A DNA stretch of 64,000 nt, taken from the NCBI GenBank assembly GCA_963703315.1, contig OY969811.1:1632001-1696000 (forward strand), given 5' to 3'. Source of the DNA: an uncultured cyanobacterium (GTDB lineage: Bacteria > Cyanobacteriota > Cyanobacteriia > Pseudanabaenales > Pseudanabaenaceae). This document shows positions 51,691 through 63,790 of the stretch, piece by piece. How positions within the stretch are numbered: the stretch's first letter is position 1; every line of letters starts with the position of its first letter. The notes under the pieces were generated by a model. It did no database searches. It saw only the letters and a list, made by a program, of their open reading frames with translations, and was not told the origin of the DNA. A program made the position numbers and the translations under genes.

Positions 51691-52503
51691 ATGACCGTTT
51701 CTGCTTATTTATTACTTATTGAAACTAGCGTCATCCTCGACACAGATGCAAATACTTGGCAAGCGATCGCCAATTTAGGTAAATGTTTTGTACCAGAAGT
51801 TGTCGCCCTTGAAATCAAAAATGTCGCTAATGGTAAAGTCGATGGCAATGAATCTACTGCGAAACAATTTCAAAATTTATTGCCGAAACTAGGCTGGCAG
51901 ATTACACCTTTAACCGCCAAACATCCAGACCTATTGCCAAAGACTAGCCAAAACCTTAGTCGTAAGGCAAAATTAATTTTGAATACTGCTCAAGGTGCTA
52001 TTGGTGTCGCCCATGCCTATCCCCAAAAATGTATTGTTTTAATTTCTGATGAAATATTATTACGCGATCGCATTGCCAAACTCGACTACAAAAATCTCTG
52101 TGCAATTCCCTCAGCGATCGCCCGTCAATGGTCTCGCAGCGACCAATTACCGCCAATTGTCCAAAAAATAATCACATATTTAGCAACTCAGCGATCGTCA
52201 ACAGATCTGCAATCCGTCGGTCAACCTCCTACGATGGAGTTAAAACCGACCAATTCCCACGCCAAATTAGATCAAAATACTTCAGTTTCGCGGCAACCAT
52301 CTAGTTCCAAAAATGGGTTGAATTATAGACAAATCACGATAAGTCTTGTGAAATTTGGTCTAAGCACAGCATTTTTAGTTACGATTTTATTGTTTGGCTG
52401 GCAGCTAGCGCAGCCCCAACAATTTCAACAGTTCTGGAAAAAAATGGGTTTACCAACTTTACCGAAGACAACAATTTCCCCCAAGTCACCACCGCAACAT
52501 TAA
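51691..52503 (+). CDS. PIN-like domain protein with C-terminal TM helix
   Basis: LLLIETSVIL...VPEVVALEI...VLISDEILLR resembles a degenerate PIN fold. Confidence 0.55.
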   Translation: MTVSAYLLLIETSVILDTDANTWQAIANLGKCFVPEVVALEIKNVANGKVDGNESTAKQFQNLLPKLGWQITPLTAKHPDLLPKTSQNLSRKAKLILNTAQGAIGVAHAYPQKCIVLISDEILLRDRIAKLDYKNLCAIPSAIARQWSRSDQLPPIVQKIITYLATQRSSTDLQSVGQPPTMELKPTNSHAKLDQNTSVSRQPSSSKNGLNYRQITISLVKFGLSTAFLVTILLFGWQLAQPQQFQQFWKKMGLPTLPKTTISPKSPPQH

Positions 52504-52554
52504 CAAATTGATTCCCTCCATTTCACAAATTAAAGATACTGTTGACAAATAGGG

Positions 52555-54234
52555 ATGCAAATCATGGAAATTGGCGATACCAAACTAGAATCATTAGAAC
52601 TAATCGATAAACTCAATGAGATCGGTATAGCCCTCTCAGCAGAAAAAAATACACCAATGCTGCTGGAGATGATTTTACGTGGGGCAAAGACAATTTTAAA
52701 TGCTGATGGGGGGACACTGTATCTGGCAACAGAAGATAAAAAGTATCTCCAGTTTGAAATCATTATGAATGACTCCCTCGGCATTATGATGGGGGAAAAG
52801 CTAGGGGAACCAATTACTTTTGATCCTTTGCCTTTATACGATGAACTTGGCAATCCTAATAACACGATGGTAGCGGCTCACGCGGCTTTGTACAAAAAAA
52901 CAATTAATATTCCTGATGCCTATACGGTTGACACTACTGAAGGGTTTGACTTTTCGGGAACCAGATCTTTTGATACGAAGACAGGCTATCGCTCGCAGTC
53001 ATTTTTGACCTTGCCGATGCTCAACCATGAAAATGAGTTGATCGGTGTTTTGCAATTGATTAATGCCAAAAGCCCTTACGATAATCGGATTATTGAATTT
53101 TCTAAGACGGCTCAACGTATTGCTGAGTCATTAGCATCCCAAGCGGCGATCGCCTTAACTAATAACAAATTAATTGGTCAGTTTCGCGAACTATTCGAGT
53201 CATTTATTAATTTAATTTCTGAAGCGATCGATAAAAAATCGCCTTACAATGGCGCTCACTGTCGGCGCGTACCGACTTTGACGATGATGATTGCTGATGC
53301 TGCTTGTAAAGCAAATTATGGTATTTTTAAAGACTTTGAGTTAGATGAGGATGAAAGATATGAACTGAAAATTGCAGGACTTCTCCATGATTGTGGTAAG
53401 GTAACCACCCCTGTCCATGTAATTGATAAAGCAACCAAACTTGAAACAATTTTTGATCGGATTCACTTAGTAAACACTCGTTTTGAAGTACTGAAACGGG
53501 ATGCAGAAATTAGTTTTCTCAATCAAAAAATGGCAGCGATCGAATCTGGTCATCTCAGTATTATTCCTGAACTAGAAGCCGCTTTACAACAAAAACTTGC
53601 TCAATATTCTAGCGATCAAAGTTTTCTCCGTGTTTGTAATATTGGTGGCGAATTCATGTCGGATGATTACAAAGAAAGACTTCAGCAAATTGCTCAATAT
53701 CGTTGGATTGATCCCCAAGGCGTAGAAACCAATTTCTTGACTGAGAACGAAGCCTACAACCTAAATATTTCCAGAGGAACCCTGACTGCCGAAGAGCGTA
53801 AAATCATTAATGATCACATTTCGGTCACAATTGAAATGCTTGAGCAGTTACCCTATCCCCGCAATCTTCGCCGTGTACCAGAATATGCTGGTGGTCACCA
53901 TGAGCGCATGGATGGTAAGGGATATCCTAAAGGACTCACCCGCGAGCAGATGTCTTTACCTGCAAGGATGATGGGAATAGCGGATATTTTTGAAGCTCTA
54001 AGTGCCAAAGATCGCCCTTATAAGAAGGGGAAAACTTTGACCGAATGCCTTCAGATTCTCGGCAAGATGAAATTAGGAGGTCACATTGATCCCGATCTAT
54101 TTGATTTGTTTGTCAGTGAAAAAGTTTATTTGCGTTATGCCAATGAATATCTCGATGCCGATCAGATTGATGAAGTAGATGAAAATCAGATTCCAGGATA
54201 CACTCCTCCCTTTGCGTACTTTTTTGAAACTTAG
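52555..54234 (+). CDS. GAF + HD-GYP cyclic-dinucleotide phosphodiesterase
   Basis: GAF (GVLQLINA), LHDCGK, HHERMDGKGYP. Confidence 0.92.
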   Translation: MQIMEIGDTKLESLELIDKLNEIGIALSAEKNTPMLLEMILRGAKTILNADGGTLYLATEDKKYLQFEIIMNDSLGIMMGEKLGEPITFDPLPLYDELGNPNNTMVAAHAALYKKTINIPDAYTVDTTEGFDFSGTRSFDTKTGYRSQSFLTLPMLNHENELIGVLQLINAKSPYDNRIIEFSKTAQRIAESLASQAAIALTNNKLIGQFRELFESFINLISEAIDKKSPYNGAHCRRVPTLTMMIADAACKANYGIFKDFELDEDERYELKIAGLLHDCGKVTTPVHVIDKATKLETIFDRIHLVNTRFEVLKRDAEISFLNQKMAAIESGHLSIIPELEAALQQKLAQYSSDQSFLRVCNIGGEFMSDDYKERLQQIAQYRWIDPQGVETNFLTENEAYNLNISRGTLTAEERKIINDHISVTIEMLEQLPYPRNLRRVPEYAGGHHERMDGKGYPKGLTREQMSLPARMMGIADIFEALSAKDRPYKKGKTLTECLQILGKMKLGGHIDPDLFDLFVSEKVYLRYANEYLDADQIDEVDENQIPGYTPPFAYFFET

Positions 54235-54354
54235 GGACTCGCCGTAAAATAAAGAATCAATTTTTTGTGTCGCGGCGAAGCCGCGACACAAAAAATTGAT
54301 TCTTTATCAAATTGCAAAGATTATTTCCATAAAAAATTGATTTTGTACTTATTT

Positions 54355-55119
54355 ATGTTTGCTCAGTTTCGCTCTCAATATCCTCAAGGGCGCATCCAAA
54401 CCGAGATGCTCTCTAAAATTGATGGTCTTCATGCCTTTAGAGCGATCGTCTCTCAAGGTGATGCGATCATGGGTACGGCTACGGCTGTCGATAGTGATCT
54501 CGAAATAGCTGAAGATCGGGCGATCAAAAGAGCCTTAGCGATCGCGGGGATTTCCTTTGACAATGCTTTTGATAATAACTACGGCGGCTATGGCGGGCGA
54601 TCGCCAATGCTCACGCAGGTCTCTCGCGAACCAGCTACCGTTAACTCCTTACCGTCAGCAAATTTTAATGTTGTAGGAAATTTGGGATCGGGAACTTTAG
54701 GATCTGGAAATAACGATTCACATCCAGTCACCCATACCACGCATACAATTCAATCCGAGCCAGCCCTAGACTATGCTAGTGACTATGGGACAAATGATTA
54801 TACTTCTGAAACTAATCTTAGTTATGCCCCCAGTACTGATGTAGCTGCTGTCGTACCGCCGAGTCCATCTGCACCGATCAAAACCTCAGCCCCACAAATT
54901 GCTCCTGAACCCGTCGATCTATCTGATGCAATTTCTAAAATTGATGTGGAGATGGAACGATTAAGCTGGACAAAGATACAGGGGCGTGATTATTTAGTAC
55001 GGACTTTTGATAAGAAATCCCGTCAGCAACTGACTAATGATGAGTTATTACAATTTCTCAGCCATTTAAAATCTTTGCCCACACCACATCGACAAGCAGC
55101 CAATGACGATTTCTTCTAA
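54355..55119 (+). CDS. Conserved cyanobacterial hypothetical protein upstream of Ycf46-like ATPase
   Basis: MFAQFRSQYPQG...AEDRAIKRAL N-domain, low-complexity linker, W...GRDYL...SRQQLT C-domain. Confidence 0.75.
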   Translation: MFAQFRSQYPQGRIQTEMLSKIDGLHAFRAIVSQGDAIMGTATAVDSDLEIAEDRAIKRALAIAGISFDNAFDNNYGGYGGRSPMLTQVSREPATVNSLPSANFNVVGNLGSGTLGSGNNDSHPVTHTTHTIQSEPALDYASDYGTNDYTSETNLSYAPSTDVAAVVPPSPSAPIKTSAPQIAPEPVDLSDAISKIDVEMERLSWTKIQGRDYLVRTFDKKSRQQLTNDELLQFLSHLKSLPTPHRQAANDDFF

Positions 55120-55177
55120 ACTAAGTTACGAAAAATGCGCTTTGCGTGTTTTGATAAATCCAAGACATTCTTAAATA

Positions 55178-56848
55178 ATGAAATCTCTGAATTTTCAAGA
55201 AGAACTTAGTCTCCTGATTCGTTCCAAATGTCCGATCATTTATGTGGTGACATGGGAAGAAGAGCGTGCTGAAAAAGCGATCGCCCAAGTTGCCAAGGAA
55301 TGCGGTCCCCCACGTCAGATGATGTATTACGATCTGGTACGTGGGTTTGAGCATAACCAAGAAGGCAAAAATAATCTGCTTCAAGCTCTGCAAATTGTCG
55401 AAAATAGCGATCGCCAAACCGCCACTATTTATATATTTCGTGATTTACATCGGCGTTTAGCCTCACAACGTCTTGATGAAATTTTGGTGCGTCAACTTCG
55501 CAATCTCTATCGCAGTTTTCGCAATTCTCGCAAAACTCTAATTTTATTAAGTCCTTTACTAGAGATGCCGTCGGAACTCGAAGAACAGGTAGCGGTTCTC
55601 TATTTCCCATTGCCTGAAACTATCGAAATTCGCCACATCATCGAGCAGATGATTCCCCCTGATCAGTTGCGAATGGAAGGGAATAGTCTGGAGCAATTAG
55701 TGAAAGCTTGTATGGGCATGACCCGCGATCGCATTTGTCATACGCTTTCTAAATCAATTGTGCAGAAACATTTTCTCAATGAGTCAGATATTGATCGCGT
55801 TCTGATTGAGAAACAAAAGCGGATTCGGCAAACGGAGTTTCTAGAATTTTTTACTCCTAATGAAACTCTAGACAGCATTGGTGGTTTAGATAACTTCAAG
55901 CTTTGGCTAATGCAGCGTCAGCAAGCTTTTTCGGATGAAGCCAGAGCTTTCGGCTTGCCAAATCCACGCGGGGTTTTGTTGCTGGGCATTCAAGGCACAG
56001 GCAAAAGTCTTTGTGCTAAGGCGATCGCGAATTTGTGGCGCTTACCGCTATTGCGATTGGATGTAGGTCGTCTATTTGGTAGCCTAGTTGGTCAGTCCGA
56101 AAGCCGCACCCGTCAAACAATTCAACTAGCAGAAGCCCTTGCACCTTGCATTCTCTGGATTGATGAAATTGATAAAGCCTTTGGAGGTATTTCTAATAGT
56201 GTCGGCGATTCAGGAACTAGTCAGCGTGTACTCGGAACATTGTTGACATGGATGCAGGAGAAATCTAGCCCTGTATTTGTGGTAGCGACAGCAAATAATA
56301 TTCATGCTCTGCCGCCTGAACTATTACGCAAAGGTCGATTTGATGAATTGTTCTTTATCAATTTACCTACTTATGAGGAACGCAAAGAAATATTCTTGCT
56401 CCATCTCAAGCGGTTTCGCCCAACAGAATTACGCAATTTTGATATCGATCAAATGGCAGCGATTTCTAAGGAATTTAGTGGTGCAGAAATAGAACAGGCG
56501 ATCATCGAAGGGATGTATCGTGCTTTCCATGAACAACGCGATGTGAATACGGAAGATATTTTAGGTGCAATCAAGGAAACCTATCCCTTGGCTAGCACTG
56601 CGAGAGAGCAGATTAGCTTTATGCAAGCATGGGCAACTCAAGGCAGGGCAAGAAGTGCTTCGCGAGGTGAGGTTATTGATATTAGCGATAAGTCTAACGG
56701 TAAATTGGGGGATATGAGTATCGTTGAACAGGCAACTAAAGCGATAATCGAGAAGTCAATTGATCTCTCTCTAGAAAAATCCAAGAACAAACATCGCCCT
56801 TTACCTCTGCCCCCCTTACCGCAAATTAAATCCCATTCTGACTCATGA
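55178..56848 (+). CDS. Ycf46-family AAA ATPase
   Basis: GIQGTGKS, WIDEIDK, ELLRKGRFDE. Confidence 0.9.
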   Translation: MKSLNFQEELSLLIRSKCPIIYVVTWEEERAEKAIAQVAKECGPPRQMMYYDLVRGFEHNQEGKNNLLQALQIVENSDRQTATIYIFRDLHRRLASQRLDEILVRQLRNLYRSFRNSRKTLILLSPLLEMPSELEEQVAVLYFPLPETIEIRHIIEQMIPPDQLRMEGNSLEQLVKACMGMTRDRICHTLSKSIVQKHFLNESDIDRVLIEKQKRIRQTEFLEFFTPNETLDSIGGLDNFKLWLMQRQQAFSDEARAFGLPNPRGVLLLGIQGTGKSLCAKAIANLWRLPLLRLDVGRLFGSLVGQSESRTRQTIQLAEALAPCILWIDEIDKAFGGISNSVGDSGTSQRVLGTLLTWMQEKSSPVFVVATANNIHALPPELLRKGRFDELFFINLPTYEERKEIFLLHLKRFRPTELRNFDIDQMAAISKEFSGAEIEQAIIEGMYRAFHEQRDVNTEDILGAIKETYPLASTAREQISFMQAWATQGRARSASRGEVIDISDKSNGKLGDMSIVEQATKAIIEKSIDLSLEKSKNKHRPLPLPPLPQIKSHSDS

Positions 56849-57399
56849 CATCTCATCCTGCACCTTCTTCATCTGATAGCCCAGATTTGCCTCAGTTGCA
56901 GGCAATCAAGGCGCATTTGGATTTGGTGTTGTTGGCACTGGAGGCTCTCACGGGACTTGGCTCTGATGAAATGCTGGCAGTTGCCGAAAAGTTGGGTTTA
57001 GAGGAGATTTTAAGCGATCGCATTACGCTGTGGCGGTTACGTCAGGCTAGCCCATTACGCAAAGGGAAGGGACGCAAAAAATTGGATGTGGATGAAGCGA
57101 GGGCGATGACTTTGATTAGTTGTACCTTGGCATCTCAACAACAATTCGCGATCCGTAATGCTGTGGCTCAGTTAGAGAAATGCACAGCCCGCAAACGTTT
57201 ACCCTATCGCGAACCGATCTTGGGTGATTACCTTGATCGGTTTAATACTCTCTATCAAGAACGGATGGAGGAAGAAGAACAAGCTAAGCCTGATGTAATT
57301 CAGCGTTTAGCTTTGAAGTTATTAATCGATTTATTGTTTTACAGTTCTCAAATCGGTTCCCGTCGTTTGTGGGTGGCGCTATTTGAGCGATCGCAATAA
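56845..57399 (+). CDS. DUF3038 family protein
   Basis: LDLVLLALEAL...LWRLRQASPLR...LLFYS...RRLW. Confidence 0.75.
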   Translation: MTSHPAPSSSDSPDLPQLQAIKAHLDLVLLALEALTGLGSDEMLAVAEKLGLEEILSDRITLWRLRQASPLRKGKGRKKLDVDEARAMTLISCTLASQQQFAIRNAVAQLEKCTARKRLPYREPILGDYLDRFNTLYQERMEEEEQAKPDVIQRLALKLLIDLLFYSSQIGSRRLWVALFERSQ

Positions 57400-57485
57400 C
57401 CGCTCAGATGACTCCTGCATAAAAACACAGATTGTAGTCCTAGCTTACAAAAAAAGAGGAGCGCGATCGCGCTCCTCTTTTTTAA

Positions 57486-60400
57486 TTAGTCTTCATCATC
57501 AAAATCATCGTCATCTTCTTCATCGTCATCATCATCGAATTCCACATCATCATCCACTAGCTCATCATCAAAGCTGCGACGACTACGAGGTTTATCAACG
57601 ACGCGAATTGGTTCAATTCGAGGCTCAATGATTTGGTAATTACGAGCAGTGTTGTCATCAATGATCACATCATCGGCTTCTTCGTCATAGCCGAGATCTG
57701 GCTCATAGCCATTATCAACTTCCACAATCGGCGTATCGTAAGCATTAAAGCCCGTACCCGCAGGAATCAAACGACCGATGATCACATTCTCCTTCAAGCC
57801 GCGTAACCAGTCAGACTTACCTTCGATCGCTGCTTCCGTAAGCACACGAGTTGTCTCTTGGAAACTAGCTGCCGAGATAAAGCTGTCAGTATTTAAACTG
57901 GCTTTAGTAATACCCATCAACACAGGCGTATAGTCCGCAGGTGCACCGCCTGTAATCTCCATCGCTTCGTTGATTTGTTCCACTTGATGCAGTTCTACCA
58001 ACTCACCAGGGAGACGGGTAGTATCACCACCATCCTCAATTCGTACCTTCGAGGTCATCTGTTTGACGATTACTTCGATGTGCTTATCAGAAATGTCAAC
58101 ACCCTGAGATTGGTATACAGACTGAACTTCATTCATCAAGAACTCTTGTACTTTCTGCAATCCAAGCAGAGCCGCTTGTCTTACACCCAGCGATTCTTTA
58201 TAGGCTTGATAGTAAATATCGAGAATATCATGGGGATTCGCAGGACCATCGGTGAGTGCCTCCCCAGCCGCAACACGCTGACCATCGGAGACAATTACAC
58301 TCTGACCCACATTAAAAGAATAGTCATCATCGAGGGTTCCATTCTCTCCCAGAATTTTCACTTCAGGGTTGTCATCAGAGTCATAAGTAACTTGAGCAGT
58401 ACCTGAAGTACGAGCTAGTACACACATTTCCTTGGGTTTACGGGCTTCAAGGAGTTCTTCAATCCGAGGTAGACCTTGGATAATGTCTCCTGTTTTGGCA
58501 CGTTCAAATACAAGGAGCGCGATGTTATCACCCCGTTGTACAAGGTCTGCGTCATGAATCTGTAGCAAGGCTCCAGGAGATACCAGATAAGGACGACCAA
58601 TCCGAAATACGACCGAGCCATTTTCAACTCTCAGTACTTGTCCCGACTCTTCCGTAATTATGCCTTCACCAATTTCATCACCCGATCGCAACAAATCACC
58701 TACTTGAACTGTGGGGTTAGGGCAAGGTGTGGTAATACAATCTGCCTCAGTCACGATTAGTAAACGACGGACAACTTCCGAGCCTTGGCGAATTCCGCGA
58801 ATTTGCCCAGGACGCTTACAGAGAATTTCGGTACGTGCCACGACTGCACCAGGATCAATGCGATCGCCATCATTTACCAGCAAACGAGTACGGGAATTAC
58901 TATGAGCAGGATCGCCAGAGTTATCTTGACGGATTACCAAAGATTCGAGAATTACTAGTTGCAAACGCAAGCTACCAGGATCTTTGTCGTTAGGAATAAA
59001 CTCAATGTCGGCAGCCAATTGAGGTGCATCGGTGTCAACTTCTAATAGCAATTGAGTTTTGAGTAGCTCCACGCTATCGATCGCCTTCACGCGATCGCCA
59101 TCCTTGTAAGGAATGCGTTGGACAGCACGTAACCCAATGGAACGACCTTCTTGGTTAACCGATTCTTGACTAGGAACTGTTGGTACATCAGGGACTTGGT
59201 ACTCTTCCACAGGACGCAAAAGCAATGCTGGTCCTTCCGTTGAATCTAGATATTCCACATACCGCAATTCAGGCGAAGTCAAACCGGGCATGATTTCAGT
59301 GCCAGGGTAAGCCAAAGAACCATTCTTTTGCATGGCGGTTTGAGGATCATCCACCAAGTGTAAATCACCTGGTTTGATCACAATCTCGCGCAAAATGTCA
59401 TTTTTCTGGAATACTTCGACCACCCCTGCGGTTTGGCTGAAGATATCCTTAACAACTTCTGTACCAGCCTCAATGAACTGATTTTCTTCCACCATCAACA
59501 GCGAAGCATCTTTGTTTACTTCATGGGTTTCTTCAGGAACCCAGAGCAAAGTACCGCCCTTGACGACTTCATAACCCTGTTTGCCCTTACTGCGCTTGGC
59601 AACTTCCACACCAGCAAACTTAATGATACCGCCACTCTTAGTGTGATAAGTATCATCAATCAGTTCCGCAACCACCTGATTATTAGTGAGCTTACTACCG
59701 GGGGAAGCTTTGAGAGAGAAGCTTTGACCGCCTTGGGTTTCCAGAACATAATGCTCACGCCCTTGATAGCTCTCTTCTTTAACGATCGCCTGATCAAGAA
59801 TTACCGAAGCCGTAATAATTTCTACTTCACGGTTATGGCGACTATCTTCTTCACTCAGACGGACAACACCGCCATGCTCAGTGATCAAACGGGTTTCGGC
59901 AAGGACATCACCTTCTTGAACTTGAGCCTCATTTTTAACAGTGGGTTCTGCCCCTGGTGGCAAATCATAGACTTCACCAGCCAAGACCCATACTCGACCT
60001 TTTTCACCACGAGCGACATAGCTGGTGTTACCTTGACGGTCTTTCTTCTCTTCGATCGCTAGATCCGAGAACAATACTTCACCAGCTAAGCCTGTATTTA
60101 GGGCTTTAGTCGCCTTTTCCGTAGTTTTACGCGAAGTCTTACCTGTTGCTGAAACCTCAGCCATCATCTGAGACTTAGTGACTTTCTCGCCATCGCGCAC
60201 CAATAGAGTAGAACCTTGCGTAACCGCATAACTACGCTTACCTTCAGCCCCTTCGAGGGTAAAGTCACCATTAGATTCCACAATAAATGCATCTTCACCG
60301 TGACGAGTACGCATCGGACGCACCTTCAGCTTCTTGCTGTACTTGACCGTGCCATCAAAAGGAGCGCGTTGTTGTTCGGCAACTTCACCCGTAAATACAC

Positions 60401-61466
60401 CACCAGTGTGGAAGGTACGCATGGTTAGCTGTGTTCCTGGTTCACCGATGGACTGAGCGGCGATAATACCAACAGCTTCACCGATATCTACCAATTCCGC
60501 ATGAGCCAAGCTCCAGCCATAGCACATCTGACAGACTGATCGCGTCGATTCGCAGGTAAAGGCAGAACGGACACAGACTTCTTCAACGCCAGCCTTTTGG
60601 ACTGCCAAAGATAGATCTTCGGAAATCTCTTGGTTCCGCATGACGATTACTTCGCCAGTCTGGGGATCGACAATATCTTCAGCAGCCACACGACCAAATA
60701 GGCGATCGGACAACTTGATCAGGGTCTTCTCCCCATCACGCATCGCCTTTAATCTAATGCCACGAGTGGTTCCACAATCATTTTCACGAACGATCACATC
60801 CTGCGATACGTCAACAAGACGGCGGGTGAGGTATCCAGAGTCAGCCGTCCGCAACGCCGTATCTACCAGACCTTTACGCGCACCGTAAGACGAAATAATA
60901 TATTCAGTAACCGTCAGACCTTCACGGAAGTTAGTTTTAATTGGTAAATCGATGATTTCCCCTTGAGGATCTGCCATCAAGCCCCGCATCCCCACCAACT
61001 GACGTACCTGCGAGATGTTACCCCGCGCACCAGAGAAGGCCATCATATAGACGGAGTTGAGAGGATTATTACTCTTAAAGTTTTTCACCACCTCATCTTT
61101 AAGGTTCTCGTTAGCCACGTTCCAAGTGTCAATTACCTTCTGGAAACGCTCTACTTCCGTAATTTCGCCTCTGGTATAGCGACTTTCGGTCTCTTCGATC
61201 TCCTGTTCCGCCGCCGCTAGCAACGCCTTCTTACTAGCAGGAACTTGCAAATCGTCAATACTAATCGAAATGCCTGCCTGAGTTGCATAGCGAAATCCTA
61301 ACGCCTTAAGTTGGTCAGCAACATTAGCAGCGCTAGTAGTTCCATAATGGGTAAAAGCCCAAGCAATGAGCTTTTTTAACTGTCCTTTGTCAATGGTGCG
61401 GTTAATAAAGCGTTGAGGCTTCTGCTCTTCAGGCGAATCCGTGTTGCTAATCGTGAAATCTGCCAT
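57486..61466 (-). CDS. rpoC2: RNA polymerase beta'' subunit (RpoC2)
   Basis: [25 protein letters not shown], large SBHM insertion, SFQETTRVL. Confidence 0.98.
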   Translation of the reverse strand: MADFTISNTDSPEEQKPQRFINRTIDKGQLKKLIAWAFTHYGTTSAANVADQLKALGFRYATQAGISISIDDLQVPASKKALLAAAEQEIEETESRYTRGEITEVERFQKVIDTWNVANENLKDEVVKNFKSNNPLNSVYMMAFSGARGNISQVRQLVGMRGLMADPQGEIIDLPIKTNFREGLTVTEYIISSYGARKGLVDTALRTADSGYLTRRLVDVSQDVIVRENDCGTTRGIRLKAMRDGEKTLIKLSDRLFGRVAAEDIVDPQTGEVIVMRNQEISEDLSLAVQKAGVEEVCVRSAFTCESTRSVCQMCYGWSLAHAELVDIGEAVGIIAAQSIGEPGTQLTMRTFHTGGVFTGEVAEQQRAPFDGTVKYSKKLKVRPMRTRHGEDAFIVESNGDFTLEGAEGKRSYAVTQGSTLLVRDGEKVTKSQMMAEVSATGKTSRKTTEKATKALNTGLAGEVLFSDLAIEEKKDRQGNTSYVARGEKGRVWVLAGEVYDLPPGAEPTVKNEAQVQEGDVLAETRLITEHGGVVRLSEEDSRHNREVEIITASVILDQAIVKEESYQGREHYVLETQGGQSFSLKASPGSKLTNNQVVAELIDDTYHTKSGGIIKFAGVEVAKRSKGKQGYEVVKGGTLLWVPEETHEVNKDASLLMVEENQFIEAGTEVVKDIFSQTAGVVEVFQKNDILREIVIKPGDLHLVDDPQTAMQKNGSLAYPGTEIMPGLTSPELRYVEYLDSTEGPALLLRPVEEYQVPDVPTVPSQESVNQEGRSIGLRAVQRIPYKDGDRVKAIDSVELLKTQLLLEVDTDAPQLAADIEFIPNDKDPGSLRLQLVILESLVIRQDNSGDPAHSNSRTRLLVNDGDRIDPGAVVARTEILCKRPGQIRGIRQGSEVVRRLLIVTEADCITTPCPNPTVQVGDLLRSGDEIGEGIITEESGQVLRVENGSVVFRIGRPYLVSPGALLQIHDADLVQRGDNIALLVFERAKTGDIIQGLPRIEELLEARKPKEMCVLARTSGTAQVTYDSDDNPEVKILGENGTLDDDYSFNVGQSVIVSDGQRVAAGEALTDGPANPHDILDIYYQAYKESLGVRQAALLGLQKVQEFLMNEVQSVYQSQGVDISDKHIEVIVKQMTSKVRIEDGGDTTRLPGELVELHQVEQINEAMEITGGAPADYTPVLMGITKASLNTDSFISAASFQETTRVLTEAAIEGKSDWLRGLKENVIIGRLIPAGTGFNAYDTPIVEVDNGYEPDLGYDEEADDVIIDDNTARNYQIIEPRIEPIRVVDKPRSRRSFDDELVDDDVEFDDDDDEEDDDDFDDED

Positions 61467-61550
61467 GGTATTAAGCTATTAAATAATCTTGTAATTAATC
61501 CAAATTTTATGATTATGAAAAACATTGCTTTGCAATGTTTTTCATAATAT

Positions 61551-63587
61551 TTAGCTAGCCAGCGATGCGTAAATTGCCTGATTGAAAATTACACGTCCAG
61601 GAGTAGTTTTGACATATTGCGAAATCAAGCCACCTTCAGCATCTTCGCGAATACGGCGGAATGGGAATTCCTTGACCTTAGTACCATCCTCTAGAACTGT
61701 GATCTTAGGTTCGTCATCGTCTTTTTCCTCACCTTGTCCTTCAATAATTCCTTCAAAGCGTACCCAGACATTGGAATGTATATCAATTTCCTTCTGTTCG
61801 TATGCCATGACCACATCATTAAAGTTGGAAAAGTAACGCCCTTCACCCCTTTGTTGATAGGGATTTTCGGTAGTGAGATAGTAACATCCTAAAACCATGT
61901 CTTGGCTAGGTGTAACAATTGGACGACCTGTAGCAGGCGAAAGAATGTTATTAGAAGCCAACATCAACAGACGCGCTTCCGCCTGTGCCTCAATCGATAG
62001 AGGCACGTGAACCGCCATCTGGTCACCGTCAAAGTCAGCGTTAAAGGCAGGACAAACAAGCGGATGCAGTTGAATTGCACGACCACTAACTAGCAGTGGT
62101 TCAAAGGCTTGAATACCCAAACGGTGAAGCGTCGGAGCGCGGTTAAGCATTACGGGGTGATCACGAATCACATCTTCAAGCACATCCCAAATTGCTGGAT
62201 CATTCCGCTGAATTAGTTTCTTTGCAGCTTTGATGTTATTCACCAGACCAGTTTTAATCAGGCGATGAATTACAAAGGGCTGGAATAGCTCGATCGCCAT
62301 TTCCTTGGGCAGACCACATTGGTGAATCTTGAGGTTAGGTCCCACCACAATGACGGAACGACCAGAGTAGTCAACCCGTTTACCAAGCAAGTTTTGACGG
62401 AAACGACCTTGCTTACCTTCGATAATGTCCGAAAGAGACTTAAGGGGACGATTGTTTGCACCAACTACAGTCCGTCCGCGACGACCGTTATCGATGAGCG
62501 CATCAACAGCTTCTTGCAACATCCGTTTTTCGTTACGGACGATGATTTCAGGAGCAAGAATTTCTTGCAAACGGGCAAGACGGTTATTACGGTTAATCAC
62601 CCGACGATAAAGATCGTTCAAATCACTAGTAGCAAAACGTCCACCGTCAAGCTGTACCATCGGACGCAAATCTGGAGGAATTACGGGAATTACATCCAAA
62701 ACCATCCAATCTGGTCGCGAACCAGTTGCCACGAAGTTATCAACCACACGCAAACGTTTGATTAGTTTGGCGCGTTTTTGTCCCTTGGAGTTCTCAATAT
62801 CAGTGCGTAGACGCTCAGCTTCTTTTTCAAGGTTGATATTTTGCAATAATTGCTTGATAGCTTCAGCACCAATACCAACTTCAATACCATCTAATACAGG
62901 ATCTTCTGCATAGATTTGATCTTCAAGATCAATCCATTGATCCTCAGATAGCAATTGCTTGTAAGAAAGATTATAGGCACTCGCGATCGACTCACCTGCC
63001 TCAACAGTTTTGCCTTCTATGACCGTCGAAATATGTTTAGGATGTAGATGGTAAGCTCTCTCAACCCCATCAATCCCACGAATACGAATTTCACGGCTAT
63101 TCACCGAGACAATTACACCATCAACCTCAGACTGAATCCCAGGGTTAAGGACAACGTAAGCGTTGAAATAAACAATTTGCTCGACATCCCGCAAAGGCAT
63201 ATCAAGTAGGGTTGCCATATAGCTAGGAATACCCTTGAGATACCAAACATGAGTAACTGAAGCAGCTAGCTTGATAAAGCCCATACGGTGACGGCGAACT
63301 CTTGATTCTGTCACTTCTACGCCGCAACGTTCACAAACGATGCCACGATGGCGCACACGCTTATATTTACCGCAGTGACATTCCCAATCCTTCGCAGGAC
63401 CAAAAATCCGTTCACAGAACAAGCCATCCATTTCGGGCTTCAATGTGCGGTAGTTAATAGTTTCAGGTTTTGTGACTTCGCCCACCAAACTACCATTTGG
63501 TAAAACTCTCTCGCCCCACTTACGAATGCGATCGGGTGATGCCAAGCCAATCTTGACATAGTCAAATCGCTGTTCCACTTTCGCCAT
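61551..63587 (-). CDS. rpoC1: RNA polymerase gamma subunit (RpoC1)
   Basis: Zinc finger, NADFDGDQM catalytic motif. Confidence 0.98.
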   Translation of the reverse strand: MAKVEQRFDYVKIGLASPDRIRKWGERVLPNGSLVGEVTKPETINYRTLKPEMDGLFCERIFGPAKDWECHCGKYKRVRHRGIVCERCGVEVTESRVRRHRMGFIKLAASVTHVWYLKGIPSYMATLLDMPLRDVEQIVYFNAYVVLNPGIQSEVDGVIVSVNSREIRIRGIDGVERAYHLHPKHISTVIEGKTVEAGESIASAYNLSYKQLLSEDQWIDLEDQIYAEDPVLDGIEVGIGAEAIKQLLQNINLEKEAERLRTDIENSKGQKRAKLIKRLRVVDNFVATGSRPDWMVLDVIPVIPPDLRPMVQLDGGRFATSDLNDLYRRVINRNNRLARLQEILAPEIIVRNEKRMLQEAVDALIDNGRRGRTVVGANNRPLKSLSDIIEGKQGRFRQNLLGKRVDYSGRSVIVVGPNLKIHQCGLPKEMAIELFQPFVIHRLIKTGLVNNIKAAKKLIQRNDPAIWDVLEDVIRDHPVMLNRAPTLHRLGIQAFEPLLVSGRAIQLHPLVCPAFNADFDGDQMAVHVPLSIEAQAEARLLMLASNNILSPATGRPIVTPSQDMVLGCYYLTTENPYQQRGEGRYFSNFNDVVMAYEQKEIDIHSNVWVRFEGIIEGQGEEKDDDEPKITVLEDGTKVKEFPFRRIREDAEGGLISQYVKTTPGRVIFNQAIYASLAS

Positions 63588-63648
63588 ACGTTACAACGTC
63601 CTTAGTAAATTGTTTAAGTAAATCGCTTACTTTTATTGATAAATTTTG

Positions 63649-63787
63649 GGGCTATTAGCGGTTAGCTATTAGCCTTTAGCTGCTGGTTGTTAGTATTAAC
63701 TTCAATTAATTTTGAGGCTATTAGCAGTTAGCTATTAGCCTTTAGCTTGGATATCCAAAAAGCTAGCAGCTAACAGCTAATGGCTAA
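63649..63787. repeat. Heptamer short tandem repeats (TTAGCNN-like) in direct and inverted blocks
   Basis: ggctattagc(g/a)gttagctattagcctttagct twice; gctagcagctaacagctaatggctaa in the opposite sense. Confidence 0.75.
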
Positions 63788-63790
63788 AAA

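Noticed and set aside
54265..54354. N-terminal extension of the 284-aa ORF
   Set aside because: Reads through an intergenic palindrome; ATG at 54355 is the more plausible start.
62979..63137. RpoC1 insertion as an intein
   Set aside because: Too short and lacks splicing motifs.
57486..63587. Split beta' and the large RpoC2 insertion as novelties
   Set aside because: Standard cyanobacterial features.
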